A stretch of DNA of 63,136 bases, filler included, from Dimargaris cristalligena (GCA_003614675.1; 27 parts of 27 records of this genome joined end to end with filler, not necessarily neighbours in it), one strand, 5' to 3'. Positions 26,027 to 39,363 are shown, numbered from the whole stretch's first letter. The notes: generated by a model not told the origin, from the letters alone. Made by a program: numbers and translations.

Positions 26027-28277
26027 TAGGGTACCTTTAAGGTAGCGTATAATTCTTTTAGCAGCAAGCCAGTGGGTAGTTGTAGGTTTGGAATTAAAGG
26101 AACTTAATTTGTGAACAGCGTAGGTAATATCAGGTCTGGTGCAATTTGATAAATACAGCAGGGACCCAATTAAATTGGCGTAAGGTTCATTGGTGAGCTC
26201 ACAAGTGGTGGTAGCAGGTAAGGGTTTGAAACCAGGCTCCATGGGAGTACTTGTAGGGTTGCACTGTTCCATGCCGTAGTCCTCCAGTAAGTCAGAAATG
26301 TATTTCTGTTGGTGGATAAAAAGGGATGATAGTCGGCCATCAGTTGACTTAATTTGGGAGACTTGAATTCCAAGCAGGAAATTCAATTCCCCTTGATCAG
26401 TTATTGAAAATCTGGTATTGAGTTATTGTTTGACCCAATTCATGCCAGAAAGCTCAGATGAGACAATCAGAATGTCATCAACATACACAGCAAGGTATGT
26501 ACATAGGCTTCCTTGAATCTTGGCATAAATACTATGATCAAGTTCACACTTTAAAAAGTCACAGGATAGCAAAAACTCATCAAGAGTTTGATTCCAGAGA
26601 CTTAAAAATTACTTAAGTCCATACAGGCTATGGTTAAGCTTACAGACAGAGTGTTTGGGGATCTGGAATCCCTCAGGAGGTTCAATAAAAACTTCCTTAT
26701 CAATTTTACCATTTAAAAACACAGTTTCTATGTCCATTTGATGAATAAAAAGGTAATACTTAGCAGCAAGTGCCAAGACAATCCTGATACTAGAGTAGCA
26801 AACTACAGGTGCAAAGGTTTCATTATAGTCAATTCCTTCATGCTGATGGAATCCCTTCACAACTAATTGAGCCTTGTGACACTCAATAGTACCATCAGGG
26901 TGCAACTTGGTAACAAAAACCCAGTAACAGGGTAAAACTTTGGAGGTTTTGGGTAAGGTACTAAGTCCCAGACTTCATTTTCAGCCATAGACTTGAGTTC
27001 AAGGTCAATAGCTAACTGCCATTCCTTATTGAACTGATCCTTCATAGCCAGGGAGTAAGATTCTGGACCATCCATGGCTAGAAAAGCTAAATTGGAAGGA
27101 GGGTTAGAGTTGGGAGAGGGAAGAATACCACAGATATGTTTAGACAGTCAAGGAGTTACCAATTGGAGTTGTTTTGCCCTTGTGGAATGATTCCTTTTTA
27201 AGGGAATAACCTGGGGGCCAGGGATGGGTGTTCTTTAGTTGAATTAGATAGGTGCAGGGACCTGGTAGTAGATATTGGATTCCCTTATTTCAGCTTTGAG
27301 TTCCCAATCATTCGGATCAAGATTTGGGTATACAGGGATGCCACTTAAAGTGTGTGGGCTTAATTCCATACTAAGATTACTTGTATTAATGACCTGGGGT
27401 ATGGTGGATACTACTGGAAAAATTTCAGAACCATATGTGGATTAGTTAGAAATATCCATTATTACAGGTACAGTTGCCACTGCAGGAGGTACATGAGATG
27501 CATGGTCCATATAAATAGGCAAATTTAAGCCTGGATCCTCATTAGGAAGGTAAAAGTAGTGACTGGAGGTATTCTGGGCTTAATTCTAGATGGTTTTTGA
27601 TGGGGATGGCTGTTCTGAAGTCCAGGAAGCCAGGGAATCAGGCAAAATGTGTGTGTCACAACTGACAATGACCTTGTTTGACTGGGGGTCAAAAAACTTA
27701 TAGTTTTTCAGGTTAACAGTCAGCCCCACATAGAGGAGCTTCCTTGAAGTTGGTTGTAACTTTTGGGAGTAAGGATTATTAGTTTTGATAATTGCCTTGG
27801 ACCCAAACTGGTGAAATTGTGTAAGATCTGGCTGTTGGCCATACCAGCATAAATAGGGAATGTCATTACCAATTTTAGGACTAGGGATTCTATTCCAAAT
27901 TATGGTAGTGGCCAGAAGGGCTTCCCCCCAAAGGGATTTAGGTAAACCCTTTTCATTAAGTATGTATTTCACAGTAGAGTGAACAGTTTGATTGAACCTT
28001 TCAGTAATACCATTTTGTTGGGGGGAGTAAGGTGCAATAGTGGAATGAGTAATTCCATGCTCCTTGAGGATAGCAGTGAATTGATGGGAGATATACTCAC
28101 CACCATTATCAGAATGGATTTCTTTTGGGAATTTACCAAACTGATTATTCACATACTTTAGATACCAGTCCAGTGCCTGGGGTACGTCAGATTTGTGTTT
28201 AATCAAACTGACATAAGCCATTCTTGAAAACTGGTCAATAAAAGAGACAAAGTAGTATTGTCCTTTCATTGTTCTGA
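26027..28277 (-). mobile_element. Degenerate Ty1/Copia pol (integrase then RT)
   Basis: Integrase FIDQFSR, SDNGGEY, PYSPQQNG.TER lies upstream of RT QHEGIDYNETFAPV, QMDIETVFLNG, SLYGLK, YVDD, TRPDITYAV. Several stops and frameshifts. Confidence 0.95.
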
Positions 28278-29097
28278 NNNNNNNNNNNNNNNNNNNNNNN
28301 NNNNNNNNNNNNNNNNNNNNNTTAATTAATTAANNNNNNNNNNNNNNNNNNNNNNNNNNNNNNNNNNNNNNNNNNNNAAAAAAGCCGCTTCATACCTTGT
28401 ATATAAATATAATAGTCAAATAGTAATAATTTGTAGCTGTGGCAATCAAGGGGACACTCCACCTTGCCACACCGCCTCCAATAGTGACTCCACCTCTGCT
28501 GCGTCCAATAAGTTGCGCTTCTCTGACTTACGAAATAGTCCTTGGTATTTTGGCTCTGCCTCTGGAATGAGCTGGATATGATGTTGGAAGTGTGTTGTTT
28601 GCCATGGCTGTTTTGGAATAACCACAAACACTGCTTCGAATTCCTCCAACAGGTTCTCTAGGTCAGCCTCCGGTTTCGCCCAGTTCACGTTAACCTGTGC
28701 CCTACCAGCCCACCAGTGGCTGGTGACTTCGGCCCTGATACCCTGCGGGTCCTGGAAAACCCATTGCCCAGACCGTGGCTCATGGCTAGCTGCAAAAGCC
28801 CTAATCCAGTTAATACCTAGAATTAGGTCAAAGAGGCTCATCTGGACCACTCGTGCTGCTGTCGGAATACTGGCCTGCCCCATAGCTATGTTAAAACTCA
28901 CTGCTCCCAAAAGGCTACTGCCTTCCCGGGTATCACTAGTGATTAAATTTAACGGTGGCACCTTGACTGCCTGATAGTTGATTTTCTTAATGGCCGATGC
29001 TGTGACTGTATTTAATGACGAACCTGAATCCAGCAAGGCCACCAGTGTGCCATCTGCCCATGGGATTGTAATAACATACAGGTCCGTCTCTGATACT

Positions 29098-29159
29098 CCC
29101 GAAACTTGACTTACTAAGTCCAACTGGTTCGGGCTCAGTTGGACAGGGACTCGTTTCCC
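29098..29159 (-). promoter_or_regulatory. Programmed -1 ribosomal frameshift signal (slippery G GGA AAC plus stem/pseudoknot)
   Basis: Heptamer at 29159-29153 in the gag frame, 8-nt spacer, perfect 9-bp stem GTCCAACTG/CAGTTGGAC. Loop CCCGAA is complementary to downstream TTCGGG. Confidence 0.8.
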
Positions 29160-30280
29160 GATAGCTCTGACTCAAAATCGGATTGTACAATCTGTGCATT
29201 CTGGTAAACTGGGGTTGCCTTTTTCTTCCAATTTGCTGGTTTCGCCTGGGCTGGAGCCTCGCACTCCCGAGCTCGGTGCCCTTCTTTGCCACAGTTCCAA
29301 CACACGAATTTCTGTTCGCCCTTTGAACCTGGCACATTCTTTCGCCTCGGTGGTCCGGACTTTCTCTTCCAGCCAACTTGGGCATTTGAATTTGCAAATT
29401 CTAATACCCCTAGGAAAGAATTCGAACGGTCGTAAATATTGCACATTTCCTCAAAATTATTCTGCTGAAATGCAAAAACTTGTTATGCCAGTTGTCTATT
29501 TGGAGCCCGTTGACAAAAGGCCATACACCGGAACCCGTAGTCCAAGATGTTTTCTAAATGTGCCATTACGATGTACTGTTCCAGCCGGGCACCCCAGGAT
29601 GACATCGATTCACCTTGCATCGGCTCTAGTGTGTACATCTGTTGCATTGCATATGCCTGTACATTCACGAAACCCAAAGCTATGATAAAGGCCTCGAAAA
29701 GTGATTCTGCCCTCATCATCTCAATCTTTGGCTTGATTTTACTCCGGTACCAGCCTGAAAACTGTACCCCGACCCTTAATCCAAATAGTTCTATCCGTTG
29801 CCGGCGGGAGTATACCCCCGCCTGTCCGCAGTCCCTATTGAACTGCTGGAACCATTCATAAGGGCCGTCCACTCCTTTGCGAAAGGATGGTGTTGTAACT
29901 CGGTGTGCCTTCCCGAATACTGTTCGTTGACCTGAAGGCGTCAACATCTGTTCATCCTCATCCCACGGTTGGATGTTGGGTAGGCAAAACATGCGCTCTC
30001 TTCCTGGGTTTGGGTCCATCTGTGCTATCGATGGCCCACTTGTTATAATTGGCGTCACCAGTTGGTGCTGTACCTCGTTTGGGTTCGACATGACTTGAAC
30101 TGCGTCTTGGAACACTTCTGCCGAGATCGGGCTTAAGCTTGGCGAGGTGGTTACTGATGAGCTGGAAGAGGGAGGAACCCCAAAAAACATAAACGAAATA
30201 AGCTATACTCTATAGTTTCTGCACTAGGGCAAAACAGGAAAGAGGGGGGAAAATAACCGGCTCGAAGATCGAAAAGCCTG

Positions 30281-30291
30281 GTCCTCCACCA
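30281..30291 (-). promoter_or_regulatory. Primer binding site, probably tRNA-Ala
   Basis: TGGTGGAGGAC lies 2 nt after the LTR end. Its complement GTCCTCC-A-CCA fits an Ala acceptor stem (U70, A73). Confidence 0.7.
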
Positions 30292-30727
30292 GATGTTACG
30301 TGCTAACGGGGGGAAATGGTAGAGTAGTGTTAAACTTATTTATTGTTATGGAAATACTAGAGAAAGGAACCTCCCTGTTCCATGGGGGGAGCGGGAGCTG
30401 TTGGTTTTGATCATCGCAGATGGGCGCAGATCCTCCCGTTCTGCTGGATGTTACACTAACTATTCTATTGGCTGTTTAGCCCGCTATGGGCCAATTGGCC
30501 CGTTACAATCCTATAACTGGAACTTCGTCCTAATCGTTATTACTGCTATTATCCAATTCAATAAAACCAACCGCGGGCATCTAGCTTTGCCCCTTGCGGT
30601 TCTTTCTCTCTTCTTTAAATCCTTTTTNNNNNNNNNNNNNNNNNNNNNNNNNNNNNNNNNNNNNNNNNNNNTTAATTAATTAANNNNNNNNNNNNNNNNN
30701 NNNNNNNNNNNNNNNNNNNNNNNNNNN

Positions 30728-32730
30728 GCCACATCATCAGCATAAAGAAGAGAATTAATGGCTCCAGAGGGAGAATCAGAGTCAGGAAGAAGGGGAACAA
30801 TAGGGGTAGTGGGGGTGGCAACAGCCCTTAGAGCAGCTGGGAGGGAGTTAATATAAATGGAATATAGGTGGGGACTAAGAACAGAACCCTGAAGTACACC
30901 TGTAGAGGGGGAGAAGGGGGTAGAGGAGAAGTTGGACAAGACCACTGAGACTTTGATATCATCAAAGAGGTGGGCAAGGAGAGAAACAAGAGCAGGTGGA
31001 GCAGTAGAAGAGAGGGCTTGCCAAATAATCCTGCGATCAACAGTATCATAGGCAGCCTTGATGTCCAGAAAAACAGTTACAGGGTAGTGGTGATGGTGAA
31101 AGTAGTACTCCTTAATCAGGTCATGTAAACACAGGGCCTGGTCAAGAGCACTCCTCTGTGGCCTAAAGCCACCCTGGGCAGGATCAAGAGGGGGAGAGTA
31201 CATATGTAAAAGTGGAGCTAAACAATACTCAAAAAGCTTCCTAAATACAGAAGTAAGGGAAATGGGCCTGTAGTTGGCTGGGTCAGCTTTGTCCCCCTTC
31301 TTATAGATGGGGAACACCTGGGCCATCCTCCACAGAGGTGAAGTTAGGGACCAGGACCAACACAGGGTAAAAAGAGGGGCTAGAATATGGGAAAGGGTAG
31401 AAGAAATAGGTCTAAGCATCTCAGCCCTGATATGATCAGCCCCAGGAGCCTTGGCTCTAGGGAGGCAAGTGATGGCATCAGCTATCATAGAGGGGGTAAA
31501 AAGAAAGGAAGGTGGGGAAAAGGGGGTGTTAGCTGGACTGAGTGTAGGGGGTCTACTGCTAGGGAGCCACTTACCATTAAAGGTAGATGAGAGCTGGGCT
31601 GCCATGGTATCTACAGCTGCTTGGGGACCATCAGGGTGGGAGTAGGTAGCCTGTCTCTGACGTCATCTGTTAATTCTGCTGACCTTACACAGGGCTATAG
31701 AAAAATCCTGCTCCAGATCAGAGCAGAACTTGTGCCAGGTAGCCCTCTTGTGTTGGCGGACTAGGTGGCGAAAGGAGGATTGGGATTCTTGGTAGGCAAC
31801 CCAGGTGTGGGCCTTGTCAATGCCAGAGGCCTGGCGCCAGAGTCGGTATTGGGAGTTTCGATGTCTAGCAGCTTGGGCAAGGGAGGGGGACCAACAGGGT
31901 GTATGATTAGGAGGGTGGGAGCCCTGGGGGCCAACTGAGGCATCCAGGGTTGAGTAGATGGCCTCATTAAGGGAGGCAGTCAAAGCAGGGATATCAGGGG
32001 CAGTAGTAGGAGGGTCTGAAACCAGGCAGGTAAGGGTATGTAGGAGGGGGGTAGAGGTAGAGTTAAAGGTAGTAATATGTTTCTGCCTGGTATCAGTATT
32101 AATCAGCCTCTTAAGGCACCATAGGCATCTAATAGGGGGAGGAGAAGGAGGAAGGGACTGGGGGGTAGTGTAAATGATAGGGTAAATAGAAGGTGGTCTG
32201 AGCCCATGGCTAAGTCCTGGTGAATAGTAAGGGTAGGGGAAAGTAAGGAGGAATTATTCAGGAAAAGATCAATAATAGAGGAGACTGGTCTTCCCCTCCT
32301 CATAGAAACAAGGGTGGGGATACCATGGGCCAAAGAAGAGTTAAGGATAGTAAACTGATGGTGAGTGGTCTACTCAAAAAAGGCATGGCCATGGGTATTA
32401 TGAACATAGTCTCCAGTATGGGGGCCAAGTCTGGCATTGAAGTCCCCACAAAGGATGGTAGCAGGGGTAAGAGGGAGAGAGGAGAGAAAGGAAATCACAG
32501 ATTCATCAGGAAGGCAGGGGGGAAAGTAGACACAAACCAGTTGGTAAGGGCCTACTTGTAGCCCCAGGCAATACTGAGAGGGGAGGAACAGGGGAGAAAT
32601 GGGAAGGTTCAGGGAGGGGGATATGAAAGCAGTAATACCCTGGGAGCCACGAAAGCCACCAGCTACAGGCACCCCATAGCAGTGGTACTGGGCCCAGGGA
32701 GTGGGAAACATGTGAGGAGTATTGTGATAT
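30728..32730 (-). mobile_element. Non-LTR retrotransposon (LINE) ORF2: APE endonuclease plus RT, disrupted
   Basis: EN motifs GDFNA, SIID, SDH. RT motifs KAPGAD, YRPISLTS, QGGFR, FLDIKAAYD, GVLQGSVLSP, YADD. Frameshifts and stops; CpG nearly absent. Confidence 0.95.
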
Positions 32731-32732
32731 AG

Positions 32733-32971
32733 CCAAATGGCTATAGTAGTATTTGGCATTGTCCTATTTATTTTTACTCTTTTAATTGAAACCACTGTCC
32801 ATATTTAGGTGATTAGTCAAAGAATTGGCACTACTAGCCTAAGTTTTCCTCTTTTATAAGTTGTTATGGTTATACAACAATTATGCATTTATTTCTAATT
32901 GGACTATTTTTCCGAGTACTACAGTTATACCCTTGCTGTACCCTATCAATGAGTATCAGCTATTCCTTTAA
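32733..32971. repeat. Repeat family F copy abutting the LINE 5' break
   Basis: Reverse complement of 17369-17606. Confidence 0.75.
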
Positions 32972-35413
32972 NNNNNNNNNNNNNNNNNNNNNNNNNNNNN
33001 NNNNNNNNNNNNNNNTTAATTAATTAANNNNNNNNNNNNNNNNNNNNNNNNNNNNNNNNNNNNNNNNNNNNTTAAAGGTTTGACCTTACGGTCTCTTTAA
33101 GTTCGATTATAAGGCGTTCACACCTATTATTTCTATTATAGTCGCTCTGCCACACCATAATAATTTTGATTTTATTAGCATACACTATTTTATATATATA
33201 GTTTTAGGTCGTGTGAATGAATGAGCTAGTAGTCAGCCCCTGGCATTGTGCAGCCATTAGCCGAGCTATTAGGAATTGGTCATAATGATCGAATTTTAAG
33301 CCAGTATATTTTTATAATTTTCAGGCCATGCCTGCCTAGGTTAACGGGAATAATTAATAGCCAAATGGGAGCGAGTGTATTTTTTATTCCGATTTTTTTT
33401 TTCGGTTACAAACCATGCACAATTGTCGGGAATCAAACCTGCATGGTATTTCGCAAAATTCTACGGTGCGCATTACTCGAATATGTATGTGCGACCCTGG
33501 ATCCAGTGACAAATCTGTCAGAAAATACCCTTAATTAGTGGACGGGTGTACCATATCATATACCGATGGTATGTTAGTTTAAAAGGCCGCCTAGCATGGC
33601 CAAAATGTAAATGTTGATTCCAGCATGCTTCTCAGGTACCACCATCCAAAATCATTTATGCCGCACCCTGCTTCAGGGTTAGTGATATCACCCATGTGGC
33701 ATTGTCGAGTGATTAGCTGTAATAATTTAGCACACTGGTTGTATACTAATAATGGCACACGTCCATCAAAGCAGCCTATTGTAGATGCATTAGAACCCAA
33801 GCGGACAATAGCCTTGGTCCATGCAACCAGTAGCCTTTTTACACTTATTAACCGGGCCTTGGTGCAACAAGATACCATAAAATGATTGGGATTTATTACA
33901 GGTTTGAATAGACGATTTGTAATTTCCTTTTTTCCCCCAAGTTAGTGGTTGGATGATAAAGGATCAGCGCTATATAGGTCGACTATTGGACTATTTATAT
34001 TTCATCATATGGGATAGGTTAGGGTTATTAATATGTTGGGCTGGTGTATATACCCTGTGGAGTGTATGGTTCCCACTGTTATCTGGGGACTTGCAGTCTT
34101 CCACATATAAATACGACTGAAAGGTATGTCGCCCCATATGGGGACAGGGTATGAGGTCAACTCACAGGCACACTGGCCTACACAGACCAACGTACACTAG
34201 GTTTACCCTCAATAGGATTAAGCTTGCGTAAAAAACACTTACTTGACTACACGAATGTCCCAAACAGCAGCAACAAAGCAATGGGCCTTAGGGTATGTTA
34301 TGCATGGGGCCATTCCGGGAGGCGGAATGGGTTGCAAAGTAAAAGTGAGGGTGGGCCAGCTTTCCCTAAATGCTTCTAAAGCCCTGATAAATAGCCCTGC
34401 AACGAGGAGTCCCTGGCCCCTTGAAATTCTTTTCCCTTCTCCGGGCAGGAGGCCTCCTCTCCCCGCGTCCCCCTAGCGTTCGCAAAGTGGGTACAACCCC
34501 ACATGTCTCACCACGGGGTTCACGGAGGGGGGGGCGTATTAGAGAAGGGGGTGGTGAGAGCAGAACACTGCACACGGGGAGTGAAAGACAATGTCTCGAC
34601 ACTGAGTAATACAGCGGTTAATATGGAGTAAATGAAACCCCGCAATGTCATTTGTAAAGAACCATTGCCCCAGCCGTCAATCTGCAGTCCTGTTTTGGTA
34701 TAAGGAAGAGATTATTGACAAACCATCCAGGTTCCTCTGAATGACTAAACAAATCGCGAGCGGGTCCCAAACACATCGACACACTAGTGAGCCTCAAGAA
34801 GCGTACACTATCTTTATCAAGTCCAAACGGCCCTTCACCTTCTCCTCCTTTTGTTTCACTTTAGGGCGGCCAGACTAACTTAGCTTGGTATTCCCCTTCT
34901 ATTGTCTGTGCTTTCTTTCTGTTATCTTTTTGACCTATTAATTATATATTCGTGCTGAGATTCTTCGTCCCATTCCCTCGTTTTAGAGGATTTGCAGTTG
35001 CTGGTGTGTTCTCCCTTCCTTTCTAGTACGCTGTCCACCTGAGGGTTCTCGTGCCTCCTCATTCGGCCCTGGCTTATTCGAGGAGAGTCCATTGGGCTGT
35101 ATCAGCGCTTCCGCGAAGGCCTCTATTTCCGGAGCGAACCCAGCCTCGCACGCCACCTGTTGCCTCAATATTTACGTTTCCGTTCTATATAAACTCAAGC
35201 TTTTTTGCTTGGCCAAGTTCGGAATTGCCCCTGACGAGCGAATCCCGGGCCTAACGACCCTCTGCCTCTTGCCTCCGTCTATTCCCCACCTCCCCAATAC
35301 TTGCTATTCGGGGNNNNNNNNNNNNNNNNNNNNNNNNNNNNNNNNNNNNNNNNNNNNTTAATTAATTAANNNNNNNNNNNNNNNNNNNNNNNNNNNNNNN
35401 NNNNNNNNNNNNN

Positions 35414-36065
35414 GGGGCATAGGAGACTGCTGCTGTTGTTGCTGCTGTCCACGAGGGGAAGTGGAGGTGGAGGCTGGGACGGGCGCGGGTTTGGCTTGAT
35501 AGGAAGCACCGCTCATTGTCCAGGGCTTATCCTTGAGATTGGCCTTGACGGCTAGCTCGGCGGCCATGGTATGATCAACCATGGAATCCGACATGCCATC
35601 ATTGTCCATGCTATCAGTGTCCCGCAAATTAGACATGGGTTCCTCATCGGCAGCGTTGAGTTCCGGTATATCGAATACTTCGTCGTTATCGTTCAGTTCG
35701 CTCGGGGTCGAATTACCGTCGTCATTATCCATGAAGGCGGTGGGGGCCTTGGCTAGGTATTGGGAAGCGCCAGCGGGCTGCTTAACGGGCTTGAGCTCGG
35801 CAGGTACATTGGGGATAACTTCTAGTTCAGAATTGGGCGATCCGGGGGTAAGCTTACCAGGCACGATAGGGTCGGTATCATCAGAGGATTCTGATCTGCC
35901 ACCACAGGGAGAACCTTGACCAGCGGGGCCGCTGTTGGCCAGGTTAACATTGAGGCAGAGAAGATTGTCCAGGAGTTTGTTGAGGGGGGCACCGACAGTG
36001 GGGGTGGCCAAGAACACGACGGCGGTGGCGGAAGCGGCGAGGAAGAGAGCAGCGTTGACTTTCAT
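35414..36065 (-). CDS. Putative secreted low-complexity protein (3' truncated)
   Basis: MKVNAALFLAASATAVVFLATPTVGAP signal peptide, acidic S/D/P-rich body, poly-Q at the contig break. Confidence 0.75.
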
Positions 36066-37799
36066 GATTAAGGGTGGAATTAAATGGGGGAGGGGTGGTA
36101 AAGTAATTGGAAGTGGTTGGAAAGAAGGATGAAATGAGTGATTAAAAAAGTTCAATATGAATTTGGAGCGTAAGATTGTGGTTGTGCGTGGGTAATGGCA
36201 TGAGATCGTGAATGAGTGGAGAAAATGAGGCGTGATGGGCGTGAAATTGCAAATGCAATTGCGGATGATGAGATGGATGGGCTGCTTGGTCTGAGTTTTT
36301 TGGGAAATAGGCCGACGTGGCTTCTTTAAATACCAAAAGGAAGCCCCCTTCGTGTATGGTAATCTACTCCAAGGACTTGCCGTTGGGTATCGCCACCGCT
36401 CCTACCTCCTCTTTCACGTACACGTTGAGCAGGCCTAATCAAACCATTTTTGGTGTCCCTGGCTCAAATCTTGGGTCCACACTTCTAACTCACTATTATT
36501 TTTTCACGTCCTGAATCAATCAAACCACCCGGGGGTTGCAAGAACTTCGCCACTGCCAGCCAACTAACTGCGTGAGGTTGGTCCGATCAGTCCCAGCAGT
36601 GAGGGACTCCTGCGATGGCGGGGCCCCGGACTGAAAAGGAGGGGGAAGAGTGATTATCCTCTCTGTATACACACCCCAAGGGGCCGACTGAGTTGTTACT
36701 AATACGGTGCTCCACCATCGTGTCTCCACTGATATGGACTTTTTTTATCAATGTTGACTTCAGGGGAGAAGGTGGGATTTGGCACAGAATCGATAGGATA
36801 CATGTTTTTTTTAACCAAAATGTGCCTTTACAAGGTGGTCAACTGCAACCCCTTTATCCCAGTGAACGATATAGTATGGGGTGTGCCATGTAATACTAAC
36901 GGGTATCATTGGTCCCAGGGACGGGGTCAGGGCACCAATGAATAAACAATTTGGGAGTTTTAATGAGTCGGTGGGGTTCAGCCTTTATTAAGCATGGATG
37001 GTTATGGGACTAGTCCAGATTTGGCAAGTTGTACTAGCCGCCAGAAAAAAACCCCATTCGTTTCCTCACTAACGATCTTTACGGTCTGTTGGATTCCGCA
37101 GGCGGTGGGACAGGGAGGCAGGGGGAGGTGTTGACTATCACGATGACCCTGGATTTCGTATACACACTGTTAGTAAATTATTCCAACGAATTGGAGTAGA
37201 AGGAGGTCCAATGTAATTGCATGGTGAAATATCCGTTTGAGGTGTGTCAAGTTTTTTACCGGTTGGAAACAGCCCCCCCCCTTGATATTTAGATATTAAC
37301 ACGATAACCAAAATCCTACACCGTTGGACTGGAGTGTCTACCCACATCAAGCAGGCCTGACTGAGGACTAGTCATTGTTGAATTATCGAGGGGCTGGGCT
37401 AAGTCTGGGACGAAGGATGGTGTGCCACTTTCCCCCTTACTCCTCCAAACTTGACAAGGCCCGTTTCACTAACTCCCAAATCAGCGCATTTCTCGTATTT
37501 TACTGGACATGCAATACATGAAGTCCGCGTCCCTAATTCAATTAATTGTAGGTATCCAAATATATTGATGGTTTTATTTATAATATTCTAATAACTTCGA
37601 ATGTGCATTTTATAAAGTTCGCTATTAGCGAACTCAGCGGTAAAACGAGCCCGCNNNNNNNNNNNNNNNNNNNNNNNNNNNNNNNNNNNNNNNNNNNNTT
37701 AATTAATTAANNNNNNNNNNNNNNNNNNNNNNNNNNNNNNNNNNNNNNNNNNNNAGGTAGTCATGGAGGACCTCGAACGCGAAACCACGTGTCTGCTGG

Positions 37800-38351
37800 T
37801 CATTCATTGGGTGGCTCCCAGGAGACGATGGTGATGTCCGATGACGTGTTCGTCTGCCGGCGGCGCGCAGCAGCACGCGGCGCCTCCACAGGCCGTACTG
37901 AGGCTACTGGGTTGGCAATTGCGCGGCTCGGCGTAGAGCTGGCCGTCGCCAACGCCTGACAGACCTTTTGCGCGTAGGCGAGACGCTTTGCCGGGCTCTT
38001 GGCGTTGTAGGCCCCGACGGCATCCCACGTGAGGCCGAGCTGCTGGATATTGCGAGACAGAATCCAACTTCCTACGTAGGCGTTGACACAAGCATCAAAC
38101 AGATGCGCTCGGGTGATGCCATAGCGCGCCAGGCTGGGTAGCCAGCTTGAGTTGATCTGCATGAGACCGATGTCGGTACTGCCATCGCTGTTGGCGCCAA
38201 CGGCGTCCGCGTGCATCCGCGACTCCACCTGGGCGATGGCGCGCACCAAGCGCGCATCGACCTGGTGGAACCTGGCGGCTTCGTCAATACAGTCGGCAAA
38301 GGCCAGCGCCGGCAATAGCGCCATGACGAGCAGGAATGCAGAGCCCTTCAT
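37800..38351 (-). CDS. Bacterial lytic transglycosylase (SLT domain, VirB1/IagB-like)
   Basis: Signal peptide plus AIAQVES, DIGLMQINS and AVGAYNA motifs. ATGA overlaps with neighbours. Confidence 0.93.
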   Translation of the reverse strand: MKGSAFLLVMALLPALAFADCIDEAARFHQVDARLVRAIAQVESRMHADAVGANSDGSTDIGLMQINSSWLPSLARYGITRAHLFDACVNAYVGSWILSRNIQQLGLTWDAVGAYNAKSPAKRLAYAQKVCQALATASSTPSRAIANPVASVRPVEAPRAAARRRQTNTSSDITIVSWEPPNE

Positions 38352-38725
38352 GACGCATCCCGATCGAAAAGGTCACGGGTCCGCTCACAGCGATGCGCGG
38401 GAATGGCTTCGCCGACGCGGACAAATGCCGTGCAGCAGGGCTGCCCGTCCTGGGCGTACTGCCATTCCTTGGGGTACTGCGCGTCCTCGATGGTGTATGC
38501 AAAGGTGGCCCCGACGATGAGGCAGGCGCTCGCATCAAATTCGAGAGGTTCCATCCCGGCGTGCGTAGCTCGCACGCAGTTGCGGCACCAGGCGTCGATG
38601 AAAAGCTCTCCTTCGACGCCGTTGTGCGGCCGGTATTTCTCTCCGGCGCGGGCCGCACAGAACTGGGCGAGACTGTCAGGAAAGATGGCGCGCGAGTTCA
38701 TCGACGGGCTCCGGGGATGAATCAC
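38348..38725 (-). CDS. Bacterial/phage-type Cys-rich hypothetical protein
   Basis: Translationally coupled (ATGA overlaps) between ssb and the transglycosylase. WCRNC...C...CC pattern. Confidence 0.75.
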   Translation of the reverse strand: MIHPRSPSMNSRAIFPDSLAQFCAARAGEKYRPHNGVEGELFIDAWCRNCVRATHAGMEPLEFDASACLIVGATFAYTIEDAQYPKEWQYAQDGQPCCTAFVRVGEAIPAHRCERTRDLFDRDAS

Positions 38726-39114
38726 AGTGGAATCTCGTCGTCGCTCTCGAAATCGTTAGCGCCTGCCGTGCCACGATCGCCGGGCGCCTTGCCAAGCATC
38801 TGCATTTGGTCGGCGACGATTTCGGTGCTGTATTGCTTCTGGCCGTCCTTCTCCCACTGGCGAGTCTTGAGGCGGCCTTCGATGTAGACCTGCGAGCCCT
38901 TCTTCAGGTATTCGCCGGCGATCTCGGCCAGTCGACCGAAGAAGGCGATGCGGTGCCACTCGGTGGTTTCCTTCATCTCGCCGCTGGCCTTGTCCTTGTA
39001 GCGGTCGGTGGTCGCCACGCGGATGTTGGTAACGGCATCACCGCTGGGCATGTAGCGCGTTTCGGGATCGGCGCCGAGATTGCCGACGATGATGACTTTG
39101 TTGACGGATGCCAT
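38722..39114 (-). CDS. ssb: Single-stranded DNA-binding protein (short, plasmid/ICE-type)
   Basis: [21 protein letters not shown]...[31 protein letters not shown], acidic tail DDEIPL, AGGAGG RBS upstream. Confidence 0.97.
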   Translation of the reverse strand: MASVNKVIIVGNLGADPETRYMPSGDAVTNIRVATTDRYKDKASGEMKETTEWHRIAFFGRLAEIAGEYLKKGSQVYIEGRLKTRQWEKDGQKQYSTEIVADQMQMLGKAPGDRGTAGANDFESDDEIPL

Positions 39115-39150
39115 GCTGTAGGTCCTCCTGGTGCTAGTGCGGGTTGGGAA

Positions 39151-39363
39151 TCAATCGCCTTTGGGCTGGTGCGCGCGTACATACGCCAGGCACGGTTCGT
39201 TGCGAACAGGCTGGTCGAAGAACACGCGCGTCGCCAAGGTGCTCAGCGTATGAAATGCCGCGGCATTGACGATCTGCAGGCGCTGCAGCGTTGCTTCGAT
39301 TTCGTCGAAGCCCTCAGCTGCGGCATCTGCGAGCGCCTGCCGTTCAAGAACAGTCAGGTGCAT
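39151..39363 (-). CDS. Small bacterial hypothetical protein (70 aa)
   Basis: ATG at 39363 preceded by GGAGAAG. Same strand as the operon, GC3-biased codons. Confidence 0.55.
   Translation of the reverse strand: MHLTVLERQALADAAAEGFDEIEATLQRLQIVNAAAFHTLSTLATRVFFDQPVRNEPCLAYVRAHQPKGD

Larger units (their letters stand above)
28446..30627 (-). mobile_element. 5' half of a Ty3/Gypsy element: 5' LTR (family E, 30294-30627), PBS, gag, protease
   Basis: LTR ends ...TAACA, then PBS, gag 30190-29135 (one internal TAA at 29483; CCHC knuckle CWNCGKEGHRAREC), protease ALLDSGSS in the -1 frame. Confidence 0.92.

Noticed and set aside
33072-35313. Several short ORFs on this contig
   Set aside because: No motifs or consistent coding signal; looks like intergenic or promoter DNA.
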